This document shows positions 1-12,691 of a DNA stretch of 64,000 nucleotides, one piece after another (within the stretch, counting starts at the first letter, position 1; each line of letters begins with the position of its first letter). A model generated the notes under the pieces. It was not told the origin of the DNA, ran no database searches, and worked only from the letters and a program-made list of their open reading frames with translations. This stretch comes from Eledone cirrhosa (taxonomy: Eukaryota), in assembly GCA_964016885.1 (NCBI GenBank), contig OZ024745.1, forward strand, positions 97,216,001 through 97,280,000, in the 5' to 3' direction. Position numbers and translations under genes: made by a program.

Positions 1-17
1 GTGCAACGCCGGGATAA

Positions 18-612
18 GGTTAAACTCACATGTAATAATTTTTTACACACATCTGACTGTGTAAAACACTTTTCTCTGTGTAATATATTTCTATTTGAGC
101 TCAGATGAAAATTCTCTGTTCTTCTTCGAGCTAATATTATTATTATTACTGTGAACTGTGGAATACTTTAATCCGATCTTTGTATATTTAACGAGCTCCA
201 GATTGTAGAGCTAATAATATCGAATGGTTGGGCTGTTCTCTCTAGCATTTTCCCTCAATTCATGAGAGCTGTTATTTGATGCACATAACGCGTGATTTCG
301 CCCTACTCTGGGCAGCGTGTTATTAGCTTTCTCTCTATCCATTAGGCTAGATGTGTGGTAAACAGTACCCTTACTTGCTGACTGAAGATCCTATGGGATG
401 TTATACCGCACATTTCTGTGGTGAAACGAACTAAATTCGTATCAGCAAACTTATAGTTATAAAGTTAGTAATTTAAAACTCTACTTCAGAGATTTGATTC
501 TGACTTAGGTTTTTTTCTATTTAATTGCTAACCTGTAGGTATTGTTCTCCATACAGTAACGGTTAAACTCACATGTAATAATTGTTTACACACATCTCAC
601 TGTGTAACATAT
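18..612 (+). mobile_element. Non-coding HHR-bearing unit (retrozyme/PLE pLTR-like), ~543 bp period with ~50 bp direct terminal repeat
   Basis: ggttaaactcacatgtaataatt(t/g)tttacacacatct(g/c)actgtgtaa occurs at 18 and 561; HHR at 375-448; followed by (TA)n. Confidence 0.6.
375..448 (+). ncRNA. Type I hammerhead ribozyme with full stem III
   Basis: ttgctga-CTGAAGA-[stem II cc..gggatgt/acatttc..gg, partly mismatched]-GAAA-cgaa-ctaaa-ttcg-TA-tcagcaa; 7-bp stem I, GUA cleavage triplet. Confidence 0.8.
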
Positions 613-614
613 TT

Positions 615-657
615 GTATATATATATATGCATTTTTCTTATTTCTCTCACTTTCTTT

Positions 658-698
<41 letters not shown>

Positions 699-949
699 CG
701 AGAGAGAGAGAAGTTGTCTAAATATCTACCTGCGTATTCATTTATCTCTTTCTCTCTCTGTTTCTCTTTTACATTTCTTCCATACTTCATTATTTGGTTG
801 CTTTTTTCTTTATTATTTCCATCCAAACCGTTTCCTTCTTTATCTATCAGCTTTTCTCTCACTCTCTCTCTGTCTTTCTTTCTCGTTGTCTCTATCTCTT
901 TCTCTCACTCTCTCCCTTTCTCTCTCTCTCTCCCTTTCTCTCTCTCTCT

Positions 950-989
<40 letters not shown>

Positions 990-1056
990 GTCTCTCCTCC
1001 CCCCTCTCTCTCTCACTTACAGTCTCTCCCTCTCTCTCTCTCTTACAATCTCTCCT

Positions 1057-1098
<42 letters not shown>

Positions 1099-1253
1099 TC
1101 TCTCTCTCTTACAATCTCTCCTTCTCGCTCTCTCTCTCTCTTTCTCTCAGTCACTCTCCCTCCCCTGTCTCTTTCTCTCTCCCTCTGTCCCTCCATCTCT
1201 CTCTCTCTCACTCAGTCACTCTCCCTCCACTATCTCTCTCTCAGTCACTCTCG

Positions 1254-1289
<36 letters not shown>

Positions 1290-1366
1290 CACTCTCTCTC
1301 TCTCTCTCTCTCAGTCACTTTCCCCATCTCTCTTTCAGTCACTCTCTCCGTCTCTCTCTCCCTCTC

Positions 1367-1458
<92 letters not shown>

Positions 1459-1855
1459 TCGTGTGTCTGTACATTCATGTTATTTTTCTATACATATCCA
1501 TTCTCGTTTGTTATGTGCATGCCTGTATGTATGTGAGTATGTCTGTATATCTGTATGCATGCATGTGTATGTGTGTATACATATATATATATATATATGT
1601 ATGTATGTGGGGGGGGGATTTATGTGTGTATGTGTATATGCATGTATATGTGTATATTTGCATGTATGTATATCTGGCATGTATATATGAATGTGTACGT
1701 ATATGCATATATATATATACATATCTATGTATGTGTGTGTGAGTGCGTGTGTGTATATGTGTATGTGTGAATGTGTATATGTATGTATATGTGTATGTCT
1801 GCATGTATGTATATGAATGTGTATGAATGTGCATGTGTATATATATATATATATA

Positions 1856-1921
<66 letters not shown>

Positions 1922-2173
1922 AGTGTAATGATGTTTACCTGTCTACTGTCGTTATTCACCCCACCCTCTACACCCCATTGTGTCTACAACATGTCACGTC
2001 AATTTAGTAGAATAGTTATTGCTCCTGGCAAGACATTTCTACTGCGTGAAAGAATAAAGGTTGTCGCTTGATCGAAAATAAAATCTTCACACATTATTTC
2101 TAAATGTTTGAATGTGTTGTGCAATGATGTGCTTACACGCACTGAGAGACAGAGGTACACTAACACATAGTGT

Positions 2174-2217
<44 letters not shown>

Positions 2218-2341
2218 TTCACAGACACACAAATATATACATACACCCACACATATATATGTCTGTGTGTGTGCGTGTATTTACACTCATACATACATGT
2301 GCACACACACATATTTTTGTGTGTGAGTGTATATATATATA

Positions 2342-2411
<70 letters not shown>

Positions 2412-2450
2412 CGCGCGCGCGCGTGTGTGTGTGTGCGCGTATGTGTGTGT
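615..2450. repeat. Compound (CT)n/(TA)n/(TG)n/(CA)n microsatellite block
   Basis: Directly visible; source of the SL/IY/VC/HT pseudo-ORFs. Confidence 0.95.
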
Positions 2451-2453
2451 ATA

Positions 2454-2648
2454 CACGAGGATGCTGAAAAGTTCCTGGTTTTAAAAGTATCGTGAAAGGG
2501 TGGAGCTGTTACCTTTAAAGGGGAGGTAGGGACCGCTGCAATAAGTGTGTGAGTCTGAGATGGGAATATGTTGAATAAAATCATAATTATCTTATTCTCA
2601 TATATTTTCTTTTACTGAAAGCCAGGAACTTTTGAGCATCCCCTTGTA
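2454..2648. mobile_element. Tc1/mariner-type MITE
   Basis: Imperfect TIRs cgaggatgctgaaaagttcctggtttt / aaagccaggaacttttgagcatccccttg, in TA context. Confidence 0.7.
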
Positions 2649-2997
2649 TATATAGACATATGTATGTGTGTATGACTGTATATTACGTAACACTATAGTC
2701 TATGTAATAATGTATTTCTAGTCTTGCTCAAAAACATTTTGTTATTTGAAACACCCCTTAACTTTGAGCTTGATATGCCTAGTTGTGAGTTTGAGCCTTA
2801 CAATTATAGAACAGCTTCATCAGAGCTGGTCTTGGATTAAAGAACAACAAATAATAAGCGTTCGTTTTTAAGTATTTGCTGCTAACTCTAACAAGAATAT
2901 TCGAATCATAAGAAATTTAGACCAAGTGTAGGTTCTTAAAGCTAACTCTTCAATTATATAGAACTCTTAACGTTTCAATTATATACTAATTAATTAG

Positions 2998-3130
2998 AAG
3001 GGGTTAGCAGAATTACTAAAACGACATGAATACTTTGTGATATTATACTTGGCTCTCTGCGCTTGGAGTGTAAATTCCACCGAGGTCAACTTTGCTTTTC
3101 ATCCTTTCGGCTTCGATAAATAAATTTCTT
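2998..3130 (+). mobile_element. Degenerate tRNA-derived (Nin/Deu-domain-like) SINE
   Basis: ccaccgaggtcaactttgcttttcatcctttcggcttcgataaataaa matches the dominant SINE of the window. Confidence 0.65.
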
Positions 3131-3177
3131 CTCCAGTACTTAGGTAATTTTGTTTCCTCTATATGCCTTTCTCTGGA

Positions 3178-3750
3178 AGGTCACAGCGTATGTCAGAGTG
3201 GTGCTCCTGCGACTCCATCAGAAAGTCACGCTGTATGTCACAGTGATGCCTCTACGACTCCACCAGAAAGTCATGACGTATGTCACAGTGCTGCTCCTAA
3301 GACTCCATCAGAAAGTCACACCATATGTCACAGCGCTGCTTCTAAGACTCCATCAGAAAGCCATGCTGTATGCCACAGTGCTGCCTCTACGACTCCACCA
3401 AAAAGTCATGGCGTATGCCACAGCGCTGCTCCTAAGACTCCATCAGAAAGTCATGGCGTATGCCACAGCGCTGCTCCTAAGACTTCACCAGAAAGTCATG
3501 GCGTATGCCACAGCGCTGCCCCTAAGACTTCACCAGAAAGTCATGCCGTATGCGACAGCGCTGCTCCTAAGACTTCACCAGAAAGTCATGCTGTATGCCA
3601 CAGCGCTGCTCCTAAGACTTCACCAGAAAGTCATGGCGTATTTCACAGCGATGTCTCTATACAACTCCGTCAGAAAATCATGGCGTATTTCACAGCGATG
3701 TCTCTACAACTCCATCAGAAAATCACAATATTGCCCTTACGACTCCATTA
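3178..3750. repeat. 45-bp minisatellite, ~12 copies
   Basis: Unit cacagcgctgctcctaagact(c/t)ca(t/c)cagaaagtcatggcgtatgc; gives the HSAAPKTPSESHGVC repeat ORF. Confidence 0.9.
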
Positions 3751-4149
3751 GAAATTCAGGATCCATTGATGGTTAAATAGTAATCCCCCTCCTTAGAGTA
3801 ATGAGTTATGACTAACCATTATGATTGTTGTTTTTACATCAATTGGACTGGAATATCTCTGTGTTAATTATCTTGACTTCATCATATGGAACTTCGAACA
3901 GAATCCAATACTCTATTAATTCCTTTCAGTTGCAGCTGTTAATACAAATTATATTTCACATCTCAGTCACGGCTCTTGATTGAGCTATTAGTTGATCTCG
4001 TGAGAATACCACAGTTTAATTAGAGAGAATCACCATATATTAATAGTTAATTTAGTATATAAATTCTGCGGTAGCGAAACCGAGGAGACCAGAAATCAGG
4101 TCAGTTCTCTATAGATGGGAGAAAACAGAGTACAAATATATATATATAT

Positions 4150-4402
4150 ATTTAAAATAAAGTTAAATAAAAGTCAAATGATTAAAATTTAGCTTCGTTT
4201 ATTACTGCTATATATATATTTCAGTGACAGCCATCTTTGGCTGTGACCTCTTCAGGCAGTTTGAATTAGTATGGTAATTTTAATAATTTGACTTCTATTT
4301 AACTTCATTTTACACTACTCCGGAGTAACCAAACCAACCTGCGCACTTCATCGAGTGCTCCAGCCTGCATACTGAGGTGTTGGTATACAACCAACATAAA
4401 CT

Positions 4403-4408
<6 letters not shown>
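4150..4408 (-). mobile_element. Fold-back HHR element in (TA)n (same family as 50881-51400)
   Basis: Minus-sense arm 4150-4275 with HHR; plus-sense copy of the 3' end (4276-4310) plus ~95-nt tail; (TA)n on both sides. Confidence 0.75.
4204..4260 (-). ncRNA. Minimal type I hammerhead ribozyme
   Basis: Minus strand: actgc-CTGAAGA-ggtcacagcca-aaga-tggctgtcact-GAAA-(ta)n-TA-gcagt. Confidence 0.82.
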
Positions 4409-4443
<35 letters not shown>

Positions 4444-4584
4444 GGGGTTGACCGTCGAAGAAACAATACCACGCGTCCGGCCGGACTCTTGAATGAAGAA
4501 ATTTTTTGAGGGGAAGAACGTATTGGATTTTTCAAAATTTAAAGAGTTTTCTTTTAGGAACGTTCATTGTTTTTATAGGTTTTA

Positions 4585-4642
4585 CCGTCTGAAGAGATTC
4601 GGCTACCATAACTGATAGTTGTCAGCGAAATATGTATAACGG
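4585..4642 (+). ncRNA. Minimal type I hammerhead ribozyme in a ~250 bp insert (4441-4692) within (TA)n
   Basis: ccgt-CTGAAGA-[cggctacca/tgatagttg, base mismatched]-GAAA-tatgta-TA-acgg. Confidence 0.7.
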
Positions 4643-4937
4643 AGTTTTAAATAAACCTGAATCAACTGAATATGGCCTCCAATCTTTTAACAATATATAT
4701 CAATATAAATATATAAATATATAAATATATGTGTGTGTGGAGAGAGAGAGATGGGGGGGGAAGAAAGGAGAGAATAAGTGAGATTGGGAGAGGAGAGAGA
4801 GAGAGATAGGGAGAGGAGAGAAATAGAAAGAGGGGGGGAGAGAGGGGGAGAGGAGGGAGAGAGAGAGAGATAGGGAGAGGAGAGAAAGAAAGAGATAGGG
4901 AGAGGAGAGAAAGAGAGAGGGGGGGAGAGAGGGAGAG

Positions 4938-5005
<68 letters not shown>

Positions 5006-5254
5006 AAGGAGGGAGAGAGAGATTCATATACAAATATTTTAATCGTTCGGGGTTGAAAAATATTGAGCATTGCCGCTACCACCGCCACCCCATTATCATC
5101 ACCACTCTATAGATCACACACACGGACACATACACACATACTTGCACACATACTGTCACCTCTATCCAGCATGACGGACATTTTACACGAAATATACTAC
5201 AGCCTTAAAATAATAGATGTATAAATCAATCCAAACGCATCTGTTTATTTTCAG

Positions 5255-5441
5255 AGTGTTATCATTATCGATGTACAAGGATCTCTTGGCCAGTGGTAGT
5301 TCCGATAACACGATCAAAGTATGGAGTTTACCAACAGGACAGTTGAAGCAAACACTTGTAGGTCACACAAAAAGCGTTTGGTGTGTCCACCTCTTTACCC
5401 ATAATATTGTAATCAGTGGCTCACATGACACGACCATCAGG
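5255..5441 (+). CDS. Internal exon of a WD40-repeat protein (F-box/WD-like beta-propeller)
   Basis: Acceptor tttattttcag ends at 5254 and donor AGG|gtaag starts at 5442. Translation VLSLSMYKDLLASGSSDNTIKVWSLPTGQLKQTLVGHTKSVWCVHLFTHNIVISGSHDTTIR has canonical WD40 motifs (LASGSxDxTIKVW, L.GH...V). Ends in phase 0. Confidence 0.92.
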
Positions 5442-5749
5442 GTAAGACTTAATAACAATATTTCAATTCTTCTATGCGGGGTTAGTTCAGCAGTTATATT
5501 CATTTGTACACGTGGGCGCACACGTGTGTGTGAATACATACATACGTACTTATATACATACACACATACATACATACATACATACATACATACATACATA
5601 CATACATACATACATACATACGTACATACATAGATAAATACATGCATACATGCATACACACATACATACATACATACATACATACATACATACATACATA
5701 CATACATACATACATACATACATACATACATACATACATACATACATAC

Positions 5750-6788
5750 ATGATGGCTTCCCCCTCGTTATCGAGTATGGCCATTGCACGTTATACCATT
5801 ATTAATAATTATTAATTAATTCTATCGTGCAATGCTTGTGCGTGAAGATATTTTTTAAAGCGAGGAAAGGCTGTGCACTGAGCCAATCCCACTCTCTGAG
5901 CGACAGTAGCTATAACCCGAAAAGAAGAAAAGATCAACATCATCGGTAACTACTGAGCCGCATGTTTTATATCAGAGTTATCCCAGTTTCCTGAGTTGCC
6001 TTCTCCTAGAAGAATGCCCTGACAAAGGCTAGGGGTCCTTCACTCCCAGTGGTTTAACCGCGCGATCGGGTGTCCAGTCCGACTTTTTCTATGTCCCCGC
6101 GCATATACATACACATGCACCCATTATATACACATATACATATACACAAATATACATGTAGATACATACATACATACATACATACATACATACATACATA
6201 CATACATACATACATACATACATACATACATACATACATGATGGCTGCAAACTCTGCTACGAGTATTGCAATCGCTGGTCAGATTGCAGAAAATAGTACA
6301 CCTTTAGGATACGGCCAGCCATACGAACCTGTAATATAACCTGAACAAGCAATGCCTGTGCCTTGAATGTTTCTTAAGTGGGGAAAGACCTTGCACTCGA
6401 CCAATCCCACTCTCTGAGCATCGAAAACACTACTCGAAAAGGAGAACTGGTCAACATCATCGGATGCTTCTGAAGCCGTAGGGGTTTTTTTTCAGTTTCC
6501 CTCTCCTAGAAAGGTGTTGTGACAACTGGTGGCCTTTCAAAAGGTGGCCTTTCACTCCCGGTGTAAAAAAATAAAAAATAAAAACTACTATTTGGATGGC
6601 CGATGACTCTGCTGAGTTCCTCCGCTCTTTACCGGGTCTTGTATTTCTTCGCGCAGGGTGTCCAAATATCACCCCCCCCCCCCACCAAGCTAATTTGGTG
6701 GGGTTGCCGGTTTAGTCGCCGACGACCCGACCATGTGACAGGTTGTACTGGGTTACATGTTACCAGTAGCACTCGTAAGCGACCTGAC
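5750..6788 (-). mobile_element. Two head-to-tail non-autonomous RTE-derived elements (5750-~6085, 6238-6788) with (TATG)n tails
   Basis: Minus-strand 3' end ...atactcgataacgagggggaagccatcatg(tatg)n resembles RTE termini. Body and 5' part are shared with 11180-11738, which retains an RTE-type C2H2 finger remnant. Confidence 0.6.
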
Positions 6789-6849
6789 ACATACATACAT
6801 ACATGCGCACATACAAGCATGCAAACATACGCGTGAATGAACATGCATG

Positions 6850-6980
6850 AGTAGTTACAGTGTTTCACTGAGGATCGTAAGGTTGTGAGTTCGATTCACA
6901 GTGGCGATTTTTCTCAGTCAGCAAAGCACATTATTTCATCCTGCTTCAGTCCACTCGGTTGGCAAAAATGATTTGTACTG
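6850..6980 (+). mobile_element. Degenerate tRNA-derived CORE-like SINE
   Basis: B-box-like gagttcgattc and gcaaagcacattatttcatcctgcttcagtccactc; similar to 9366 and 30098. Confidence 0.55.
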
Positions 6981-7122
6981 TTTCAAGCTGAATTTCCCTG
7001 AGAATTAAATTAAGCATGTACAAGTCTGTGCATACATTTGCATATCAATGTCATGAGCAAGCTGTTCGAGAACATGTGACATCGGACAGGAACACGTGAC
7101 GTCGGAACCGACTGAAATCCAA

Positions 7123-7180
<58 letters not shown>

Positions 7181-7927
7181 TACATACATTAGCATATAAT
7201 GACTGTATATACACACGTGTAAATATATAAACATATGTACATGTGAACAGAGATATAATTGAAAACATACAAATCCATACATGCAAAGTTATCTATTCTT
7301 GCAAGGGCGTACATGCATGTATTTCTACATATGCATGTATTTCTAAATGCATGCATATATATATATGTGTGTGTATATGTATATATATATATGCGTGTTT
7401 GTGTATGTATAATTGTATACGTACGTGTGCGTGATGTGAGTGTGTACATATGTGTGTGTGTGTGAGTGTGTTTGCAAATATATTCTAAATAACAACTTCT
7501 AGTTTAATCAGATCATCGTGGTGAATAAAAGGGAAAACTGTATGAAATTGAATAGGAATAAAAATGAATCACTGCAATTTGTGAAATAAAACACATATAA
7601 ACAACGATATGTGCTTCTTTCGACCAAATCCCTGATAGCGTCGGTTAGATTCAAAGGTTTGAGAATCAATATGGATAAATAGCTTGATTAGATAGCTTAT
7701 ATCAGCTCCAGATTACGTCGAAGAAGATGTACTATTTTGATGCTCACAATTATTCAGTTACGAGAGATGTATTTTCATATTGACTTGATCTGAAGTAAGG
7801 GCTTGCGTGAACGTCCTTCGTATGCTCTTTTTGACCTCTCAGATCGTTGTAGTTAATGATTCTCTTCAACATTTGCAAGAACTAAACATATGCAGGATGG
7901 GAATTCAAGAATGTTAACATTCTAGGT

Positions 7928-8547
7928 AATAATTGTTTCTACTTTTGGCACAAGGCCAGCAATTATCCCAGTGTATTACTGGTACATTATTTTATCGACC
8001 CCGTAAGGATGAAAGGGAAAGTTAACCTCGGTGGGATTTGAACTCAGATCGTAAAGGGACGTAACTATGCTGGAAAGCATGGCGTCCGACCCTCTACCGA
8101 TACTGCCAATCCCACCACCTTATGTTTTCTAATAATAATAATAATTGTTTCTACTTTTGGCACAAGGCCAGCAATTACCTCAGTACATTACTGGTGTTTT
8201 ATTTTATCGACTCCGTAACGATGAAAGGCAAAGTTAACCTAGGTGGGATTTGGACTCATACTGTAAAGGGACGTAACTCTATGCTGCAAAGCATGGCGTC
8301 TGAACCTCTACCGATGCTGCCAATACACCAATTGTTTCTATGTTAGGCACAAGGCCAGCAATTTGAAGGGGGAGGGGAAGTCGATGAAATCGATCCCAGT
8401 GCGAGACTGGTGCTTTATGTTATCGACCCCCGTAAGGATGAAGGGTAAAGTTAACCTCGGTTGGATTTGAATTCAGAACGTAAAGGGGCGTAACTCTATG
8501 TCACAAAGCATGGTGTCCGACTTTCTACCTCGGCGGGATTTGAACTA
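7928..8547 (-). mobile_element. Tandem cluster of three Nin/Deu-domain-like tRNA SINEs plus a fragment
   Basis: Each copy is the reverse complement of ggtggattggcagtatcggtagag...gagttcaaatcccgccgaggttaactttgcctttcatccttacggggtcgataaaataa...tagaaacaattatt (A/B boxes plus CATCCTT.CGGGGTCGATAAA core). Confidence 0.88.
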
Positions 8548-8620
8548 TAAAATAGTCAAATAATAATACAGCATTACCTGTATATGGCTTCAAAATATTT
8601 ATATGGAATAATACCGAACT

Positions 8621-8688
8621 GTATACATACTTATATTTAAGTAACAGCCGTACTAAGAGTGGGAAATGAAATTTCGTTTCATTTTTTC
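8621..8688 (+). mobile_element. Fragment (3' end plus tail) of the 438-bp HHR repeat family
   Basis: gtatacatacttatatttaagtaacagccgtactaagagtgggaaatgaaatttcgtttcattttttccg is near-identical to 32856-32924. Confidence 0.8.
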
Positions 8689-9365
8689 CGAATACCGAAC
8701 TAGAAAACCTTTTATAAAATGTCCGTAGTTTCAGTAAAGACAAGGATTTGTATGGGACTAGACATATTTGACAAAAACACTCTAAGAAAGGGAAATTAAC
8801 CAGCACTGAGAATACTGCACTTGACACGGACACTGAAATTAAAGAATTAGATTACAATCACACACACAAATATAGGAATAGATGAAATTGCTAAAATAGA
8901 AATACCCGGTAATATAAGATAAAAATAGAGAATAAGATTTAAACTAATATTAAAGACTAAACACATAACTGGCCATACCAGTTATAAACTAGAGCTTCAG
9001 TATAATAAACTGAAAGATAAGTAAGCTGAAAATATTTGACAGAGAAACTAGGGAACTACTGATAGTATAATGATACCACCACAACAAATCAGACACAGAT
9101 TGAATAAATAGAAACTACAAAATAACAGCTATTGGACTGGGAAATCAATAATTAATACTGGTAAAGCTTAAATGAATTAGATTTGTATTCCTTTCAATAG
9201 AGTCACCAACTATTTATCCTTTTTATCACCCAGAAACTAATTTCTTAGCGCTACTCCAAAATGCCCGAAGTTAATAATCACACAAACTAGGTCCTCAAAA
9301 TATTGGAAACTTTGTAATGTCTTAATGTACCAGATTAATTTGGTATCAACTGGAATCTGTTTGAT

Positions 9366-9590
9366 TGCTCAGTGGTTAAAGATTTGGAATCGTGAGGTTT
9401 CGAGTTCAATCCTCGGACCAAGTGATACGTTTTGTCCTTGAGCAAGACACCTTATTTCACGTTGTTCTTTCTGCTAGGAGCTGCGACCGGTAGATAGTAT
9501 CAGCAATGGAAAGACTAATGGAAACATTGTTTTCTAGGTTCGATTTGACACGCGAATGAGGTCTGGGATCTTGTCGATCGATCAGAGCAA
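9366..9590 (+). mobile_element. tRNA-derived CORE-like SINE
   Basis: gctcagtggttaaag...gagttcaatcc (A/B boxes) then tgtccttgagcaagacacc; second copy at 30098-30300. Confidence 0.75.
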
Positions 9591-10029
9591 GTGAACTTCT
9601 TTATTACAGTCGAGATCTGGGGTGTCCTCGGTCCTTGGTCCTCGGACTGATGTTTTCCTTCGGAAAATAGAGAAGTGTGCATTTCGCCTAAGGATGGAGA
9701 TCCACGGGGTTGAATGGCTGATGCAGTGAGTGTCACTTGCTTTATTTGCGACAATGGTTTCGCCATCTTGTACGTGGGCGCAGCTGAGATGTATCACCCA
9801 ACCAAGGCTGTGGAATTCGCTCCTCCAATCCCATTTTTACAATTTGTTTTATATTTATTTTCCTCGCCTTTTTCTATTTTTTCTCTCTTCCTCTATATCA
9901 TTTAAATACTTTCATTATTGTATACGGCTGTCCAACAAGGGAAAATGTTCTTAACAATTTTTGTGTGGAAAATTCGTTCAGGTCTCTTCAAAATACTTCA
10001 TAAATCAAAAGATTTGAAAATATAAACGA

Positions 10030-10408
10030 TAGGAAGCGTAGTTTGGACATCAGGGAGCAGCTCCATGTAGAGCTACGACTTCTCCGCATCCTGAGATCAC
10101 AGCTTCGGTACAACGGATAAGTGTTTAGAATGCCTTAGGAAAGAATCGCAGGACAGATTTTGCGAGCAAAGCCAACCGACAGGAGAGCCAGAGGAACATG
10201 ATTGGATAACACATCCATAAACCAGGCTGGTCTCGCTTGGGGATCCAGCGAATCATTTGGAGACGGTTGCTTCTGATAGAAATCTCTGGAAGGTGTATCT
10301 GAGGACTCTGACCCAACGATCCTCTCAAGAAGAAGAAGAAGAAGAAGAAGAAGAAGAAGAAGAAGAAGAAGAAGAAGAAGAAGAAGAAGAAGAAGAAGAA
10401 GAAGAAGA
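10030..10408 (+). mobile_element. RTE-clade LINE 3' fragment with (GAA)n tail
   Basis: Ends ...GWSRLGIQ...VASDRNLWKVYLRTLTQRSSQ then (GAA)n; homologous to 45185-45630 (-). Confidence 0.7.
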
Positions 10409-11134
10409 ATATCACCTCCACTATCTCGCCCTCAAATATCTCCTCCACCGCTCCACCCACAAATATCTCCTCCACCACACCGCCCTCAATATTCTCCCCA
10501 CCACCCTGCCCCCAAATATCTCCTCTATCATCCCACCGTCAAATGAGAAAACTTGCAATCTAAGAGAGGCTATTTAATTATCCATGATCAGAATCTCCAA
10601 TCTCAGTTAATATTTTTCTATGGCTAATTAACCCTAAAATTTAGTCAAAAGAAAAACTCTAATAAAGCCAGCACACTGAAATGTGATATTTATTTTGCTC
10701 CAAGGAAACAAATTTTTTCAGCTGAAAATTTCAATGATTTACGTAACATAGCTGTTTGCTGTTTTAGCCAAGTGGGACGTTTAGAAATCATTCAGCTGTT
10801 ACCTTCTGGCATGTTTGGCGAGCAATTTTCTAAATTCAAAATATTTGCTAAAATTCTCCGGAAACAAATATTTAAATTTTCATGGTTTTCTTCTTGTTGT
10901 CTAGCTTGAGGTGAGCTCTGATTGAGAAGGCAGGTGATCAAATACATTCCAGCTGTGACTATCTGTAACCATTCATCTTGTTTTTAGTCATAGCGTATCT
11001 AGGATGACATTACTCGATGTGCTTTCCCCATTTCAAGGCGATGGTGTGTGTCTGGAACGAGAGTCACACATACACACGCACACACATATACATATATATA
11101 TGTGTGTGTATACATACATACATACATACATACA

Positions 11135-11168
<34 letters not shown>

Positions 11169-11179
11169 CATACATACAT

Positions 11180-11795
11180 ATGGTGGCTGCCAACTCGTTT
11201 TCGAGTACGGCCACTACTTTATATCCATGTAGGAGAACCCCTACCGATGCGCTGAACGAGTGGGGATTTTTAGTCCAGCCAGCGACTTGAAAACTCTGGT
11301 ACAAACACTACACTTGTGACAATTATTGACACATAGTGGTGGGCCCATGGTACCATGTGACGACAAGTGCAGTGAGATCTCCAGATATAAAGCAATGCCT
11401 GTGCCGTGAAGCTTTTATAGTGAGCAAAGGCACTGCACAAAGCCAGTCCCACTCTCTTAACCATGATGATATTTACCAAAAAGAAGAACAAGTCAACATC
11501 ATTGGATACCATCAGGGTTGCAGGTCTTATATCAGAGTTTTCCTTCTCCTAGAATTCTGTCTTGACAAAGGCTAAGGGGTCATCTCTCCCGATGATTTTG
11601 GATGGCCATTGACGCTTAAGAGCTCCTTTGCCCTTTGACAGGTTTTGTTTTTAGTCCTGCAGGATGTCCAAAGTCACCCTCCTCACCAAGAAACCTTGGT
11701 GGGGTTGCCAGTTTAGTCACCAACGACCCGACCATGAGACATACATACATACATGATGGCTGCCCCCTCGTTATCGAGTATCGCCATTGCACGAG
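11180..11795 (-). mobile_element. Non-autonomous RTE-derived element (11180-11738) and an adjacent 3' tip (11752-11795)
   Basis: Same 5' block as 6640-6788; minus strand 11250-11330 reads CSVCTRVFKSLAGLK (C2H2 remnant); (TATG)n tails. Confidence 0.65.
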
Positions 11796-12053
11796 GAGAA
11801 AGAAAAAAAAATAATAATAATAATAAATAAATAAATAAATAAAAAATAAATAAATTAATTAAAAAAAAAAAGAAATATATATATACATATACATACACAC
11901 ATACACACACATACACACACACATATACACACACACATATATTAATAACAATAATAACAATAACAACAATAATAATAACGACAACAACAATAATAATATA
12001 CATATACATATACACACACACGCACACACATAAGCATATCTACACACACACAC

Positions 12054-12606
12054 GATAGCAACTAACAGCGCTGCGATCGAATGTGGCTTTTTAGCCCAGC
12101 CAATTATCTAAAATGTCTTGCACAGAGTCGGCAACCAAAACATTCACTGGGAATAGTCGGCTGTGGTTGGAGTTCGTGTACTTTTGCATGATTTACACTC
12201 TCTACCACATGTTTGGCAAGCATGATGAGTAGCATCTCCAACAGCAGCCTGGTAGTCAACCACTGGTCTTACTTTATGACTGCGAAGATGACTTTCGAGT
12301 CCAGCTTTGCTTAGGCAGAGTCTCGCACATACGCTGCATGTCAGCACCATAGGAGGACCCTCGCCGTCTGGAAGTGCAACAGCAATGCCCTTCCTCACAT
12401 CCCGCTTTACTTTCTCGTGTGCGATTCGAGATGCCTCAAAGGCAACTTTTCCCTCATATACAGTCTTTCTCCATTTATTACGATCAGCAGCAATATTCTC
12501 CCATGTATCAGCAGAGATGTTAGCGTCTTTCAGAGAGGCTTTCAAGGAATCCTTATACCTCTTTTTTGGTTTATGTGGCGGTCGTTTTCCTTTAACCAAC
12601 TCTCCA
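12054..12606 (-). mobile_element. 5'-truncated RTE LINE: RT C-terminus with three C2H2 fingers
   Basis: YGELVKGKRPPHKPKKRYKDSLK...WENIAADRNKWR...CSVCARLCLSKAGLESHLRSH...CQTCGRECKS...CRLCARHFR*LAGLKSHIRS. Confidence 0.85.
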
Positions 12607-12691
12607 TACATACATACATACATACATACATACATACATACATACATACATACATACATACATACATACATACATACATACATACATACAT

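Noticed and set aside
582-2584. Long ORFs rich in SL/IY/VC/HT dipeptides (also near 19551, 34382, 40200, 41396, 44352, 52167)
   Set aside because: Stop-free translations of dinucleotide and tetranucleotide microsatellites; no domains.
3092-3776. 219-aa and 208-aa repeat ORFs
   Set aside because: 45-bp minisatellite open in two frames; the start lies in a SINE; no splice support.
6700-6790. HDV-like or twister ribozyme in the RTE-derived 5' block
   Set aside because: P1/P1.1/J4-2 or twister core could not be fitted by eye; left as an untested possibility.
7928-8547. tRNA genes suggested by A/B boxes
   Set aside because: These are SINE heads; no complete cloverleaf.
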